DNA of 60,847 bases, counting the filler, from Dugesia japonica (lineage: Eukaryota), in NCBI GenBank assembly GCA_001938525.1. It is 5 parts of 5 records of this genome, joined end to end, with 100 filler letters (N's around TTAATTAATTAA, not from the genome) between each part and the next. Parts side by side here need not be neighbours in the genome. Positions count along the whole stretch, not along the records: positions 1 to 16,370 come from MQRL01626450.1; 4 more parts are not named here. One strand, given 5' to 3'. This document shows positions 1 through 14,259 of the stretch, in pieces (positions within the stretch are counted from its first letter, which is position 1; every line of letters starts with the position of its first letter). The notes beneath the pieces are model-generated. The model did no database searches and was not told where the DNA came from. It worked only from the letters and a program-made list of their open reading frames with translations. The position numbers were made by a program, and so were the translations under genes.

Positions 1-469
1 TTCTCAATTTAAACGTTCATTTTAATTCTCAAATTAATTTTCTTTCTTTTTATTATTTTAATTTCTAGTTTAATTCTAACCATATCTATAGTTCACTCAT
101 AGCGTCATGATTTTGATTTATTTTTTCTGATCAAATTTTGGCAACTTTTAATGAGGTAATTTTTTGAGTTTACTGTTCTAATATTTTAATGTTTGATTTG
201 ATTTCTAATATTTCTTGTTTCCATTTTAGCCGTTATCTGTCAAGTAAACTAATCTATTTTTATTACTTCCCTCTTTCTTTTTATTATAATATTTTTTATT
301 TATCTTTTAGCTTCCATAATGGATAGATTATTTTTATTAGTGGGTTGTAACATAATTTTCCGTAATTTTTTAATAATAATTTAAAACATTTAGAATAATT
401 CTTTTTACAATAATAACAATTTAATCAGATTGTAGTTGAATTGTTATTCATCTTTTTGAACAATTCACT

Positions 470-727
470 CTATGTTTGATGGCCATCCTTTTTCAATAGA
501 ACAAGCCAATGGTCTTTATCGTATTTCTATGGCCTCTACTGGAATAACCAGTATCTTGAAGGTACCATTTCGGAACTTGGCGAACCAATCATTTGCAGTA
601 CTACAGACCATTGCGCCTTCTCTGCACACAGCAACATTATCTTGGACTGCTTGTGCAACTTTATACTTCTGTTAAAAGCGAGTAAAAGTAAATCCCTAAA
701 ATTTTGTTATCTACTTGAAATTGCATT
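470..727 (-). mobile_element. Mariner transposase N-terminal (HTH) remnant
   Basis: Minus strand reads, with frameshifts, MQFQVDNK..RDLLLLAFNR...VCREGAMVCSTANDWFAKFRNGTF, matching the mariner HTH pattern RHLLLFAFN...VYGEGA...WFAKFKNGNF. Confidence 0.75.
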
Positions 728-1012
728 TCTAAAAGTTCTATGATTTAGATAAAATTTACTGACATAATTATAAATTACTGAGATTTTGTAGAACACAAAA
801 AGGAATTTCAAATAAATATTATTTTTCAAAGTGTTTATTTTCGGAAAATACATACAAATTTTTTTAAAAAAAATTCCAAAATAAACTTGGGTTTAATTTT
901 GAAAATTTAATTCAATAAGAAATATCAGCTTTTTATGTCTGTTGTATAATTTATTATTTAATTTCATTAATTAATTTATTAAATAATTTATATTATTTCA
1001 AAAGTTTATCGG

Positions 1013-1245
1013 ATTTTGTGGCCTCCTCGTTCCTCCGATATAACACCCATGGGTTTTTTCTTGTTGGGTTACGTGCAAAATATTGTATATCGGATCAAGG
1101 TTAAGGATAAAAATTATCTGAAATAAAGGATAACTACAGCTTTAGAATCCATTGATGAAGTCATGGTAGTAAGAACATGGACAGAAATTGCGTATCGTAT
1201 AGATATCATCCGTACAACTAATGGAGAACACATAGATTTCCTCTC
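1013..1245 (+). mobile_element. Tc1/mariner-superfamily transposase C-terminal remnant
   Basis: Translates WPPRSSDITPMGFFLLGYVQNIVY...LK*RITTALESI...WTEIAYRIDIIRTTNGEHI, the WPPRSPDLTPLDFFLWG motif and typical C-terminus. Confidence 0.85.
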
Positions 1246-2558
1246 TTGAGTTGAATAAAAACAGTATTAATCACTTGATAGTTTTTAAGTGTTTCCTGTT
1301 TCATTTGTAATTTTAATAAATTTTTGAAATTGTCAAGACTGAATAAATAATGAATAAAACAAAATTAGCAAATCTGTAAAATTTCAAATATAAATTTTTT
1401 TTTAATTTGAAGAGTTTAAGTAAACTCGTTAAATTAATTGTTATTATAATTAATAAAATTTAATTGTGACGTTTTCTTCTCACGTTTTACTTGTTTATAT
1501 TATATAATTAAATAATTTTTTGGAATAAGTCTCAGATAACACATTCTAAAATAACTGATTAAACCTTTTCTAGTCTTAAATAACATATTATGTTTAATAA
1601 TATTGTTGTATTGTAAAAAGCACCTCATTTAAGCTACATTAACCTGTTAGTGCTCCTCGGCAACTAAAGTAATTAAGAGCATCTTTGTTACAGAGTGTAT
1701 TCATGATGCGTCATTAAAGTATATAAAGTGATACATTGTTGATCTAGGTGTTAAATATATACAAAATAAGGTAAGAAACAATATATGATAGTGAATCATG
1801 CATACATTTTAAAAAAATTATTAATTTTTTAAAAACCGTATTAGATTTTATTTAAGTTATGATAATTTTAAATTTAATAAAATTTTTCAAGTTATTTTAA
1901 AATAAACCTATTTTATTAATTTATTTTAATTTTATTAACTATATTAAATAAATCACAATTAATTCAAAGAAAATTTTAAATTCTTAGTAACTAAACTGTC
2001 ATGGTTAATTCACATAATCTTTTCGATATTATTATTATTATTTTGGAAACGAATATTTTAATAATTCCTCGATGTTTTATTTCAGTATTAGAAAATAAAT
2101 ATATGAATAAATATTTATAATCAAAATTTTATTATTTCTAAAATATTTCCATTTCAATTATTAAGTGATTAAAATATTAGAATTAAATTTAAATTTAGTT
2201 GCCAAATTTCTCATTTCATAGTTATTACTCATTTTAGAACTCATATTTTATGAAAATGGCAATGCCATTTGTACCGTTAAAACCCGGATAATTTAATATT
2301 TATAGTATAGAAAACCCAGATGTTTTAAATACATTTCATTTAATATATTTACGGGTAGTGAAGCTATCCTAACACATAAATACATTAAAATCTGTAATAT
2401 TTGAACAGTTATCGGACTTTGATAATTTTGATGGTTGAATTATAGTAAGTTTCCTAAAATATGTGGAGAATTATTTGGTCTCAATGATTAATATTCTTTA
2501 TTTATATTGAAGAAAATTTTTAAATATTTAAATTAATAATTTTAAAACTAATTTTTAG

Positions 2559-5111
2559 CATTCTAAGGTGTCTCCGTCAATTTTGAAGTTAAAAGAACTT
2601 TACAATCAGCAAGAAATAAAATTGAAAGCCATCCGTAATTCCAAAAACCAAGCAAGTCAAAGCAAGAAAAATTATGATTCTTTAAGTCAGTATTTTTATA
2701 ATAATTAAATGTTTTGTAATTGTATTCAATATTTCATGTTACATAAGCTAATTCGTTATTCAGATTTTAAAGTATTGTTGTGTTAGTAAATTACATTACC
2801 TAGAAATGTTTATTGAAATTAAATAGAAGCAGTATTAATAAAATTATTAAAATAAATGATGTGAAAAAATAAAGATTTTGTTGAATATTGAAAACTTTTA
2901 AATAATTTTTTGTTGCTACAACGATGTATAACAAAGTTGGTGAATTTTAAAATGAAGTAGCAAAATGTTTTAATTGATGTATAAATATCAACCATAATTA
3001 ATCACTTTACTAACAATAATTAATAAATTATACAGGTGTTATCAAATGAGATATATATTGTTTTGTTTTAATTTATTAATTGACATTTGTATTCAGCATT
3101 GTTGGACAAATCATCATGCAAATATATACAGTCACATAGCGTGTGGAAATCATAAAGATTTATTATAAAAACGATGAATCAATTTGGGATACGTTTCGTT
3201 CATTACGTAAAATTGGCGGTAATGATAATGGATCTACAGAGCTTACTATTCGTAATTTAACTAAAGGATTTCTATTCAAATGGTAGTGTTTGTTATGTAA
3301 AGAATCCAACCTGTCCAAAACGTTATTGTATTACTGAAAATTTCGTTGCTGTGAGCAAAGGTTTGGAGGAAAATCCGGAAAATCAGTTCAACGTCGTTTT
3401 AAAGAACTTGAACTTTCATATGACAAGGCGTATTTCAATGCTTATAAGATTAAGTTAACAAAAGAACTTAAACCAGATGACCTTTTATTGCTTAGAAATT
3501 TTGCAGATTGGCTTTTAGAATAACTTGAAAGAGATTCACTATTTCATAACTAAATCATATTCAGTGATGAAGCTAATTTTTGGGTTAATGTTAAATTATT
3601 TGTCTACACCAAGAAACCACAAACACCCCATAGCCTGAAAACCAACATTAATTGTATCATTGGTGAAATTAGTGCTGTGTGAAAAGTGACCAAAAAAAGT
3701 TCAGAGGCGCTCATTTACAAGAAATCATTTTTTTAATAAAAATGTTATGAACCAATATTTAATATAAATATAAATATACCATTTTCTTTTTATTTCAAAT
3801 TGGAAATATATAGCTAAATATATACCCTATACTATTAATAATTATTACTTAAGAAAATTAATTTATTTAATAAAACGTTATATTATACAAATAAAATATT
3901 TTCCGTGTGCCACTCAAAACTTTATTTCTTGCACTTTTACTTTAAACTTTAATAGTTTCGAATTTTCCATGTCTTTTTTGAATGTTTTTGATTGAATAAT
4001 CACATTTATCTTAACAATCACGTTTATTATATAGCACAAGTGTCCGCAACCTTAAATCCTTGTTTCACTGAGTTACCCAGTTAATAATTTCAAGTGCCAT
4101 ATTTGAGTTCCGCAATAAAAGTATAATACATAAAAATAAATTATATAACATAAACATGAAACGTACATTTTGAGCAAATATAAATGAGATTAGAATTATA
4201 GTTACTTAATTGAAATAATTAATTATTATTTGAATTAAGTGAATATTTATTTTGAAAAGAATTTTATNAAAAAAAGTTAATAAAACCACCATGTAATTAT
4301 TTTTTCAATAAATTTTATCTTACTGTAAAACCATTTTAAAATTAAAATACTGCTGATCTAAAACATCATCTTAATAGCCACATTTTGTAGTCAAAACGGT
4401 TGCCAAGAAATTAAAAGGTTCTAACTATTCAAAGGTGAAATATTTCACATAATTCGTAAAATTCCTACCGAAACTAAAATAAATAAATGTATAATAAATA
4501 TGGTTTATATCCAAAATTTTGTGTTTTGAAATAAGGCTTGTTGTTATTAATAATATTCTTATAAAACTTAAATTTTATCAACTCGAATTGTTACTTGAAT
4601 ATATTCTTAAACTTATTTTTATATTTTAAATTTTCAGAAGCAGATTTGAATAATTTTCAAATTATTATCAATTCGAAAAAAGCTGAGTTGAAGAAAATTG
4701 AAAAATCCAGTGAAGAAGTGAAGGAATATATTTTATTCCTGCAACAAAGAAACAACAATTCAAATTCAATACCTCCAAATTTTGAAGCTTTTATTCGACA
4801 AAAAAACTCTTTACTGGTTATTTTCTATTTTTCTTATAATTATTAACAATAATTCAGCAAAACCCTCAATCTGTACCAGATCAGTCTAGTCATAGTCATC
4901 AAATTAGGTGTACAGACTCACAAATTAATTATCATCATGGTATACAATCAGTTACAACATATCCTGACCCAAATAGGCTGCATGTTCGTCAACTTCCCCT
5001 TCAAAATGAAAGTTTTTCACCCAGTAATTTTATTTACTGTAACACATCAGATATTAGTGCCTTCATGCTTCCCAATTCCAATTATCGGACAAAATTATCA
5101 GACTCATCAGG
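2559..5111 (+). CDS. Host spliced gene fragment, coiled-coil then Q/S/H-rich region, function unknown (exons 2559-2685, 4638-4816, 4858-~5111)
   Basis: GT-AG bounded exons join in phase: HSKVSPSILKLKELYNQQEIKLKAIRNSKNQASQSKKNYDSL/KADLNNFQIIINSKKAELKKIEKSSEEVKEYILFLQQR.../QNPQSVPDQSSHSHQ...; 41-nt intron 4817-4857; start and stop exons not resolved. Confidence 0.6.
3032..3830 (+). mobile_element. Decayed Tc1/mariner-superfamily element (DUF4817-type HTH), intronic
   Basis: MQIYTVT*RVEIIKIYYKNDES...AYKIKLTKELKPDD...FADWLLE...IIFSDEANFWVN; begins TA-CAGGTG; internally deleted. Confidence 0.75.
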
Positions 5112-5112
5112 G

Positions 5113-5113
<1 letters not shown>

Positions 5114-5181
<68 letters not shown>
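5114..5181. repeat. (TTA)n microsatellite running into an N gap
   Basis: Perfect TTA repeats; explains the poly-L and poly-I ORFs in the track. Confidence 0.95.
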
Positions 5182-5699
5182 NNNNNNNNNNNNNNNNNNN
5201 NNNNNNNNNNNNNNNNNNNNNNNNNNNNNNNNNNNAAATATTTCGTTAGAGAAATAATTAAATTAATTGAACTGAATAAATGCTTCAGTGAGTTTTTTAT
5301 GATACGAATTTTTCATATTTAATTAAATTTAAAATTTTTTTATATTCCGCCAGGGTTTTCATTATTTTTTTTACAACATTTACTTAATAATTTACAAAAT
5401 TCAAATCAATTTGTAACCAATGCGAAATTAATAAAAATAGAGACCCTAATCACTTTAAAGATTTCGGAGTACGTGCTTAATTTTAAAATATAAATTTTAA
5501 TAAAACGTAAAATAAATGTTATTTTTTAAATAGAAACAATATTTAAGTGTTTGATCACATCCTCAAAATTAATTTTACGTTAATCATTTGCTTTTATATT
5601 TGTTAGAGATTGGACAACCAACCTACCTTGTTGCATAGTTGTTCGGATTAGATTTATTATATTTTAATTGCGTAAATGAAATTTCTCAGTTGAGCAATT

Positions 5700-5808
5700 T
5701 GTGACGATTATACTAGGTTGGGTACACCGGATCTCGGAAGTTAAGCAGCACTAGGCTTCATTAGTGCTATAATCGAGAGCAGTTTCGACTGAGCCAGGCT
5801 GGTGTTTG
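5700..5808 (+). pseudogene. Degenerate 5S rRNA-derived sequence (pseudogene or SINE3-like head)
   Basis: ACGATTATACTAGGTTGGGTACACCGGATCTCGGAAGTTAAGCAGCACTAGGCTTCATTAGTGCT aligns by eye to the 5' two-thirds of metazoan 5S; box A (AGTTAAGCAG) kept, box C degenerate. Confidence 0.6.
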
Positions 5809-6993
5809 GTTAGAGATAATCTTACACATTCCCAGTGCAAGAAAGAGTCCACCTCTTTGTATTTGGGTTCTTGCGTATTTGAGCAATTCCGTATAAATTC
5901 ATTCAACTTCGCTTAGAAGAATCTGCCTTTGAAGAGTTTTCATCAAAGGGAAACTCAAAATCAGCTAACAGATTCTAAACTCGATTGTTGGTTAGTTCAG
6001 GCTGTAAAACACCTTCACGTATTGATGGTATTGAAGACCTGGTAGCTGATTTCTTTACGACATCCGATCTACGATGCCCANNNNNNNNNNNNNNNNNNNN
6101 NNNNNNNNNNNNTTTTTATCGAGGCGTGTTAATATTTATAGTTCTAATGTACGAGAGGTGGTTTATACTTTTGAAAAGCTACACCAATATTCTTTGCAGT
6201 TATTTTATGAAGTTAAACATGATGGAGTTTTGGTTTTACATATTTTTATTGCGATAAACCTATCGTATACATGAAAGAAAATATGAAAGAAAACATAAAA
6301 GAAAGCATATCTGAAAGCATACAGAATATCTCTCAATTAATAAAGTCATTCTTAACCTACATTTTTGATTTTAATTATTTATTGGTATATTTTTTTAAGA
6401 CTTTATTGTGCTATTTTACAAATCATATTTTGCTACATTATGATTCAAAGAATAACTTAATGACAATAGAACTAGTACATTTCATTTGATTTATAGAAAA
6501 TTTAAAATACAGAATTGTTACTTCATTTTACACTTCGCTAAAATTTATTTTATAATTTATAGAATTTTTTGTGAATAATTTTTATTAAAAAATATTTTTA
6601 TAATTCATTTTTTAAATATTTCGCTTTTAATATTCCGTAATTTTCTATGATTTTGAATTTTTTTGAATTTTTCTTAATATTTCCGACAATTTACCAAAAT
6701 GGTTTTAAAATATACAAACTTTTGTTTTAAATTTTAATCAATTCATTTTTAAAATGTTAAATTAATATCGAATATAATTCTTAAATACGTTGTACTAAAT
6801 AATTAAATAGATAGCAAATAATTAAAATAATTTACAAATGTTTTTATCTTGTCTATTATATTAAATTATACTTAGGAAATGTTTTCTAGAATTAATATGC
6901 GAGAAAAAATAAATTGATTAACTTCAGTGATATTTTCCATCTAATTAATGTCAATAAGAATCAACAGAGTTTATGATGGAATTGTAAAGTATA

Positions 6994-7105
6994 TGTTGCG
7001 GCATAATGAGTCACTTCAGCTCTGTTACACCCGACGGTAATAAAACGAAGATTACTGAAGTCTATTGTAACTTAATAACTATAGGTTGAATGTGTGTTCG
7101 TAACA
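6994..7105 (+). mobile_element. Possible short solo LTR
   Basis: TGTTGCG...CGTAACA near-inverted termini with internal AATAAA; no clean TSD. Confidence 0.25.
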
Positions 7106-8269
7106 ATAAACCAGAGATCTTTTCTTGATTAGTTCGCTGATGTTTGTTTGTTGAATTGTATGTTCATTAGAATGGGTAGTTGGCAAATGAATTGATTGAA
7201 TTGACAATCAATTTCTCATTGCTGGTGAGCGATGCTTTTTATTTGGTAGTGAATAAATTCTTAGGGCTTTTATGATAATCTCAAACTTTGAAATAATGAA
7301 ACGAAAAATTTTAGTACAAAATTATTAATTATTTATATTGATAAAATTATTAATTTGTATTTTATCGGATTTTATTTGCCGTTAAATTATTATTAAAGCA
7401 TGATTGTCTGGTGGAGATATTATCTTATTTATTAATCAAAGTTAGAAACCCAAAATAAAAACCATATGAAAAAAACAGATAACATCGTAAAAAAGTAAAA
7501 TGAATAAATAATCGATTTTTGATTAATTTTTTTGGTAATTTTAATTTTATAAACTAATATTTAAATTTATTTTTCTTTTTTGACATGCTTGCTAAGCTCT
7601 ATTTTTTCAAATTCTTTTAAGTTTTTCATCTACGGGTTTACTTATTTTGGGTCATTTTTTATTGTAATTTTTTTTTGAAATTTTTAAACCACTTAACACA
7701 TTTAGTTTGAAACATTCTGTAGAGCATATTGGTCGATTATATAAAATAACATTGTTTTTAAACATTTCCATAAAAATCTTACAATTAACAAGTTTTAATA
7801 ATGGAATACTACAGAAAAATGGGTTAATTAATTAATAAATTAACATCTGCATAGCCTTATATGCTGTATATATTAGAATTTATTAGATTTTACAAAATTA
7901 ATTCCGAATATATAATATTAAAAATAAAGTTATTTTAAAAATATTTTCATTGGTATTGTAATAACATATTTGGCAATTCAGTTTGTATTTTTTTCAGAAA
8001 TATATTCGTTGATATGTTAAATAATTAATTACAAAATATTTTTAATTCTAAATAATTATTTCGATTTTTATTAAAATTAATAGTTCCTATAACAATTTTT
8101 TTGCAAAAATAATTTAATTCAAACTTATTTTTTTNNNNNNNNNNNNNNNNNNNNNNNNNNNNNNNNNNNNNNNNNNNNNNNNNNNNNNNNNNNNNNNNNN
8201 NNNNNNNNNNNNNNNNNNNNNNNNNNNNNNNNNNNNNNNNNNNNNNNNNNNNNNNNNNNNNNNAAGTAT

Positions 8270-9025
8270 ATATTAAAGTGGTTAAATATAAAAGTCGTTT
8301 TCTATTACAAACAAAATGTATTATAAAAACAACAATACGACAGTTCAATCCAAAAGATATTCTGCATTATTATCAATGACTCTGCCATCTTTGACGCAAA
8401 AAATGTATGCCCTTCCTATAAGAGTCTTCCGGCTGTGAATCGAAAAACTGAGACACCCATACTTTGAATTCATCGTTGTTTTTTAATTTTTTATTGGCAA
8501 AAGTGTGTTGCATCGATCGAAACTTGTGATAATCCGATAGACCTAGGTCTAGATTATATGGCGAATTACGCAAAACTGCCCAGCGTAACTTTTTTGTTTG
8601 GTGATTTTTGCAATATGTGATCTAGCGTAATCATACAGAAATTTTATTTTGAATGTATTTACACCTTGACGGTGCAGAGCATAGTCCACACGAGTTGTTC
8701 TGTATATAGCTCTAAATTAACCGCACGACCGACTTCTAACAATTCGAAGTAGACCAAACCTTTATTATTTCACCATATACAAAGTATAATTTTTTTTCAT
8801 TGAATATCTGGCTTTGGAGTTGGTTTTGGCTGTTCACCGATGCGTAACCATTGTCGTGTTTTTGTAAAATTATTGTAACATATCCATTTTTCATCTGAAG
8901 TAACAATGGAATCAAGAAATTCGCTGTTTTTAACGTTGTGAAGAAGAATTTTGGCATTGGGGACTTGCGTCGCCTTTTTGTGGTTACTGAGTTCGTGTGA
9001 GACCCATTTTTCGCCCTGATTTACT
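8270..9025 (-). mobile_element. Old mariner transposase pseudogene (C-terminal half)
   Basis: SPYNLDLGLSDYHKFRSMQH...VWVSQFFDSQPEDSYRKGIHFLRQRWQ; degenerate PHEL and DEKW motifs upstream; likely N-terminal remnant at ~10230-10300. Confidence 0.8.
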
Positions 9026-9047
9026 TTTTTATTTATATATATATATA

Positions 9048-10227
9048 TTAGGTTGGTAAGAAAATAATTGCGGTTTTATATAATATTACTTTAAAAGTAT
9101 TTATTACTATTTTATTGTGAAATATTATTTTTGGAAGATATGTTGGATAAATATCAAATACGAGCAATATTCCTATATAAATTTAAACTGGGATATAAAG
9201 CAGCAAAGACGACTTGGAAAGTCAACAATGCATTTGGCAATGAAACTGCAATAAAAATATCGGTGCAATTTTGGTTTAAAAATTCAGGTGTAGATCAGAG
9301 CCTTGAAGATGGCGAAGGTCGGGGACGTCCATCAGAAGTTAGCAAGGACGATTTAAAGGTAATGATCGAAATAGGTCCACGCGCAACAATTCGGGAGCTT
9401 GAAAAGAATTTAGGCTTAATTCATGTAACAGCTTTATACCACCTCCATCTACTTGGAAAAGTACGGAAGCTCGATTAATGGGTTCCGCATAAATTGAACG
9501 ATTTTCAGAAAAACCCCGGTTACAAGATCTGCTCGCCAAATCTGTTTATAAATAAAACCAATCCATTTCTTGATTGTATTGTGACTTGCGACGAAAAATG
9601 AATTGTATACGACAATAGAAAGCGGGCACCGCAATGGTTGGACATATGTGAAGCACCATATCATTTTCCAAAGCCGAAATTGCATCAAAAGAAGACAATG
9701 GTAACGGTTTGGTGGTCCACAGCCGGTCTGGTTCATTACAACTTTTTAAATCATGGTGAAAGTACGAAGGCAGAAAAATATTGTCAAGAAATTGACGAAA
9801 TACCACAAATTGAAATCTATGTGCGCTGCATTAGTTAACAGAAAACATCCCATTATTCTTCACGAAAATGTCTGTCCAAATGTCGCAAAACTATCCCTGC
9901 AGAAACTAAATGATTTAGGATTTGAAAGTCTGCCTCATCCACAATACTCCCCGGACCTGTCACCAACCGACTGTCATTTTTTTATCATCTCTTCAATTTT
10001 CTTCAAGAGAAAGTCTTCCATTACGACAAAGATGTTAAAAATACCTTCCTCGAGTTCGTCGAATCCAGGACAGAGGATTTCTATTCTATTGGCATAAATA
10101 AACTTATTTCTCATTTGGAGAATTGTATTGATTGTAATGGTTCGTATTTTGAATAAAATATCTTTATGTTTTCCGAGATTCTTAGTTTTATATATTAAAA
10201 ACCGCAATTATTTTCTTACCAACCTAA
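9048..10227 (+). mobile_element. Full-length mariner element with perfect 30-bp TIRs and TA TSD; transposase disrupted
   Basis: TIR TTAGGTTGGTAAGAAAATAATTGCGGTTTT (9048-9077) and exact reverse complement (10198-10227), TA on both sides; transposase motifs VPHKL, IVTCDEK, HPQYSPDLSPTD with stops and frameshifts. Confidence 0.95.
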
Positions 10228-10519
10228 TATATTGCCGGCTTCGAATAGCATGTAAAAAATTTTTAAAAAATTGTTATTCAAAATAATTTATTCATTTTAA
10301 AACTTTAAAACAACACAAAAAATTTACTTATTCAATATAATTCAATATTATTCAATACTTATTTCACAAATATAACAATAGACTTATACGTGATTATCAA
10401 AATGTAATAATAAAAGCATTCAAAGTTACCTATCAGAAACAATTTCATTTCATTACAATCAATGGATAAACTATAATATATATATACATTTTATTATCAC
10501 ATTATACCTAACATTTATT

Positions 10520-12420
10520 TTGAAAATAAAGCCTTTTTCACTTTCATTTGAGAAAACTTCAATCGCGTCTCTTATACATTAATATCGTTAACCATACTAC
10601 TTTCTTTTGAAATAATTGCTAAATTGTTTAACCTGTCTTCAGTCATGGTAGATCTCAAAATTTTTTAATAATATTTAGCTTCAGCAAGATGCTTCTTGCA
10701 CTTGAAACTGTATTCTAAAGACAACGTCATAAGAATTCTCAAAGCAACCGAAACGTTCACATAAATTTCATTTAGATTGTTCTCATATAAAAATTGTAAC
10801 GGCTTTTCGGGTTCAGAATTTTTGGTTAAATGAGAGCAGAAGGTTTTCACTTCAAAATATAACTCATCTCCCACAATATCTCTTTGATCTTCTTTAGTCA
10901 GTTTCATCGCAATAAAAATGTAAATCTTCATCAGTAATCCTTAATATCAAATAGAACTTGAATGGCTTTACTCCATCTGGGAAAGCTTCAAAACGATCTT
11001 TCATCACTTTTTTGGCGCATTCAAACATTTCATCAAATACTTCCTTATATTTCATTTTTAAGCTCAATGAGTCGTTTTCCACAATTTCAGATTCATCGAA
11101 AATTTTATTTCTTCGTTTACGCCTTCTAACTGAATCGATTGGAAAACAATTTTTCCAGAATATAAGCCAAGAATATTCCAAAATTGCTCTGCTTGAACAA
11201 TGATTGAAGCAAATTTATTCTGATTACAATTTTCTTCTAAGAAAACCATTGTTCTTGTTAGAGATTATAAGGCTTCTTCTATATTAATTGAAACGGAGTG
11301 AAGTTGTTTACTGGAAATATTAATTTCAAATAATATGTCATACCAAATTATAAACGAACACTGTAAATCAAAAGCTGTGATTTTTTATTCAATTGATTCT
11401 GCTGTAATTTTCGCAACTTTATCGTCGATTGATTTAGCAACATCATAAACCTTTGGTAATTCAAACCTCATCGGTCTTAAAGCATTGACGTGACTTTTCC
11501 ATCTCATATCACTCAGGGATTTAACTGTTAAAGACGGACATTTTGCTTGCAAGATTCCTCACCTTTTAGTTAACGCAGAAAATAATTTATAAACTTGATC
11601 AATGATATTGAAAAATTCGGCAATCTTGAACAAAAATTTCACTGAAGCAACCAAAACAAAATTCAAAGTGTGACTGCAGCACGGAATGTAAAAAGCACCA
11701 GAGTTTTTATTTAGAATATGATCTTGAGTATTATTTCTAACACCTTTCATATTCGCGCCTTTATCATATGATAACTCTGGACTCTTATATTTTCAATTGT
11801 CAAATTATCATATTCTAATGAATTGAGGATCACCTTCGTTCATTTAATTCTTGTGGACCTTTCAATCAAGTTAAACCAAGTAAACTTTCATTAATTCGAA
11901 TCTTTTCATTATTTTCCACGTCTACATATCGAATTACCATTGATATTTGATCATCGTGGCTGATATCAAGTGTGCAATTAACTATCAATGAAATATACAT
12001 CCATTTTTGCACTTTCTTCAAAATTTTACTGTTGATGGAATTGCCGATCAGTCCCAAAATTTGCTTTTGGATGTCTTTTCTTAAATAATCAACGGAATTC
12101 GGTTTTTTCTTAGCTGTGACCAAATGTTTTCCCAGAACCGAATCAAATTCACCTAAAACTTCCAAAATTTTTTAGAAATTTCTATTATTGTCTTGGTAAA
12201 CTTTATCAGAAGATCCACTAAATGGCAGATTTTATTTCCATCATTGTTAAAAAAATTAGTCTAAAACACTTTTAGTTTTGATTTTGATTAAAAAACCATT
12301 TCTACAATTATTCATTGATTAGTTTTTAAAGCTTTAAATTTCTCAGAAAATTTTACCATCTTCGATTATTTGTCGCCAGAGTAACGCTCATGCATAGTAT
12401 CTGCCTTCCGCCGGCCCTTC
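10520..12420 (-). mobile_element. hAT transposase pseudogene (ZMYM1/DUF4371 type)
   Basis: ISLIVNCTLDISHDDQISMVIRYV, DKGANMKG, AFYIPCCSHTLN, SLSDMRW and dimerization-domain NVSVALRILMTL; fragmented by stops and frameshifts. Confidence 0.85.
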
Positions 12421-13759
12421 AACAATTAACTATTTTCCATATAAAAAGAAAATCCATATTATAAATTTTCATGTATTTTTCACTTTGTTAACAAATTTGC
12501 TGATACTGATGCACTTGACTAACCGGAACAGTGTTCCTGTCAATTTTACTGGCAATATTAAAATGTTTTCCTACAAATAATTGGATAATCAAATACTTTA
12601 ACATTATTTTATTCGTTTTAATGCATTTAATGTTTATTCTTAATTTGTTAAATTATAATTCTAGTTCTGCTGGAAATAGATTTTAATCCTTTAATAACTA
12701 TTATTGAATTATTGAAAATTAAATTATACTTCATAAGAAATATTTCCCAAAGTACATTTAATCACCTACTGAAACCTGATATTATGTAAATATTATATTT
12801 TTATTGCACCCAAAACGGGAATAGAAATTATATTAGATATGATATTTTTCTTCAATTAATTAACAGTGTTAAGAAAAAGCCATAAAACATTAATATGTAT
12901 GGATATTTGTTCCTTTAATTGTGATTTTTATTGGGTTATTTATTTAAAATAATTTTCAACTTTTAATTATATTTTAGTTATTTATTATTTAAGTTTAAGA
13001 TACTGTTTTATCAAATTTTTTAAGATTTCTGAATAAGTTTATATTAATAAAGCTTTTCTAAAATATCATTGGTAATATAATCTATTGTTTTGTCATAATG
13101 AAATATTACAAGTATTATTTGAAAATTATTTTTACACAAAGACAATAAAATTGTTCTTATTTCATTATACAGTCTTGTTTATTATTATTATTATTAATTC
13201 ATTCCTTTTTGTATTCATTAATAATAAATTTAAATATTATACGTATTCAATGCTTACTTTTATTTAAAAAATAGTATTTCTAAATTTCTTAGACAATAGT
13301 AAAAGCAGTGACTTGTAAATTAACTCACGAATAGTTAAAAATTTCGAATCTTATAAGTATCAAATGAAAAATTATTCCAGTTTTCCTTTAAGTTTAAGAT
13401 TTTTTTGTAATAGACAAAAATATTGTAGATTAGAGATTTTTAAAATTTTTTCCTGTATGAAATTGTTAAATTATAGCAGTATGTATAAATTAAAAAAAAA
13501 TATATTATTTCATTAAAAAATTTATATGAATTATACATCAATGGTTTAAATTTTTGTAAAAATACAGTTTTCTTAATCAACTTGTTATTCATTTGCTCCG
13601 AAAATCATAATCCTTGTCAATCTTCTTTAATGCATTATAAATAAAATGATCGAATGTTTCCGTATTAAATGAGCAATTTTTATTTATTGGGTCTACAAAT
13701 CAATAATCGAAATTTTTAAGCTAAAATTTTAAAATTTTGTTTAAAAAACGACACAAATT

Positions 13760-14200
13760 TTTCACTGAAAGTTATTGCCGTTGTTATTGATAAACTTAAG
13801 CCATCTCACAGGCAGTCGATGAATTCCATCTCGAATAGATTTTGGCTGTTGTCAAGCCATTTTCGGGTGGCATTCATGGATTGAAAGTGTGTAATGTGCT
13901 GCATCGATCGATACAAATGTTAATCAGTTGAGGCAATACCTCGTGAATACGTTGGGTGCTCCAAGATTTCTCAGTCAATTTACATTATAGTGCCCTTTGT
14001 CTTTAAAGCAATATAAGGCAACAATTTCAAAGAACATTTNCCTTTTTCACTAAACGAGCGTTTGAGCTCCAAACGTAGACTGAATGTGATTAATTGATCT
14101 ATGTAGTGTTGACAATAACTGTTTCATCGGCTTCCAATACATCATAATCGAATAAGAGTATTTAAATTTATTCACAAAAAAAACTATAACCATTATTGTT
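13760..14200 (-). mobile_element. Mariner transposase C-terminal remnant
   Basis: EILEHPTYSRGIASTD*HLYRSMQH, matching HPPYSPDLAPSDYHLFRSMQ. Confidence 0.7.
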
Positions 14201-14259
14201 TATTCAAACCAATTAGAACTCCATGCTCTAATTGGAAAGTATTTTTTAATAAATTTTAG

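Noticed and set aside
2238-2450. Possible upstream exons of the 2559-5111 gene
   Set aside because: Could not find a phase-consistent, stop-free splice path
4937-5322. Poly-Leu and poly-Ile ORFs in the track
   Set aside because: Produced by the TTA microsatellite and N gap
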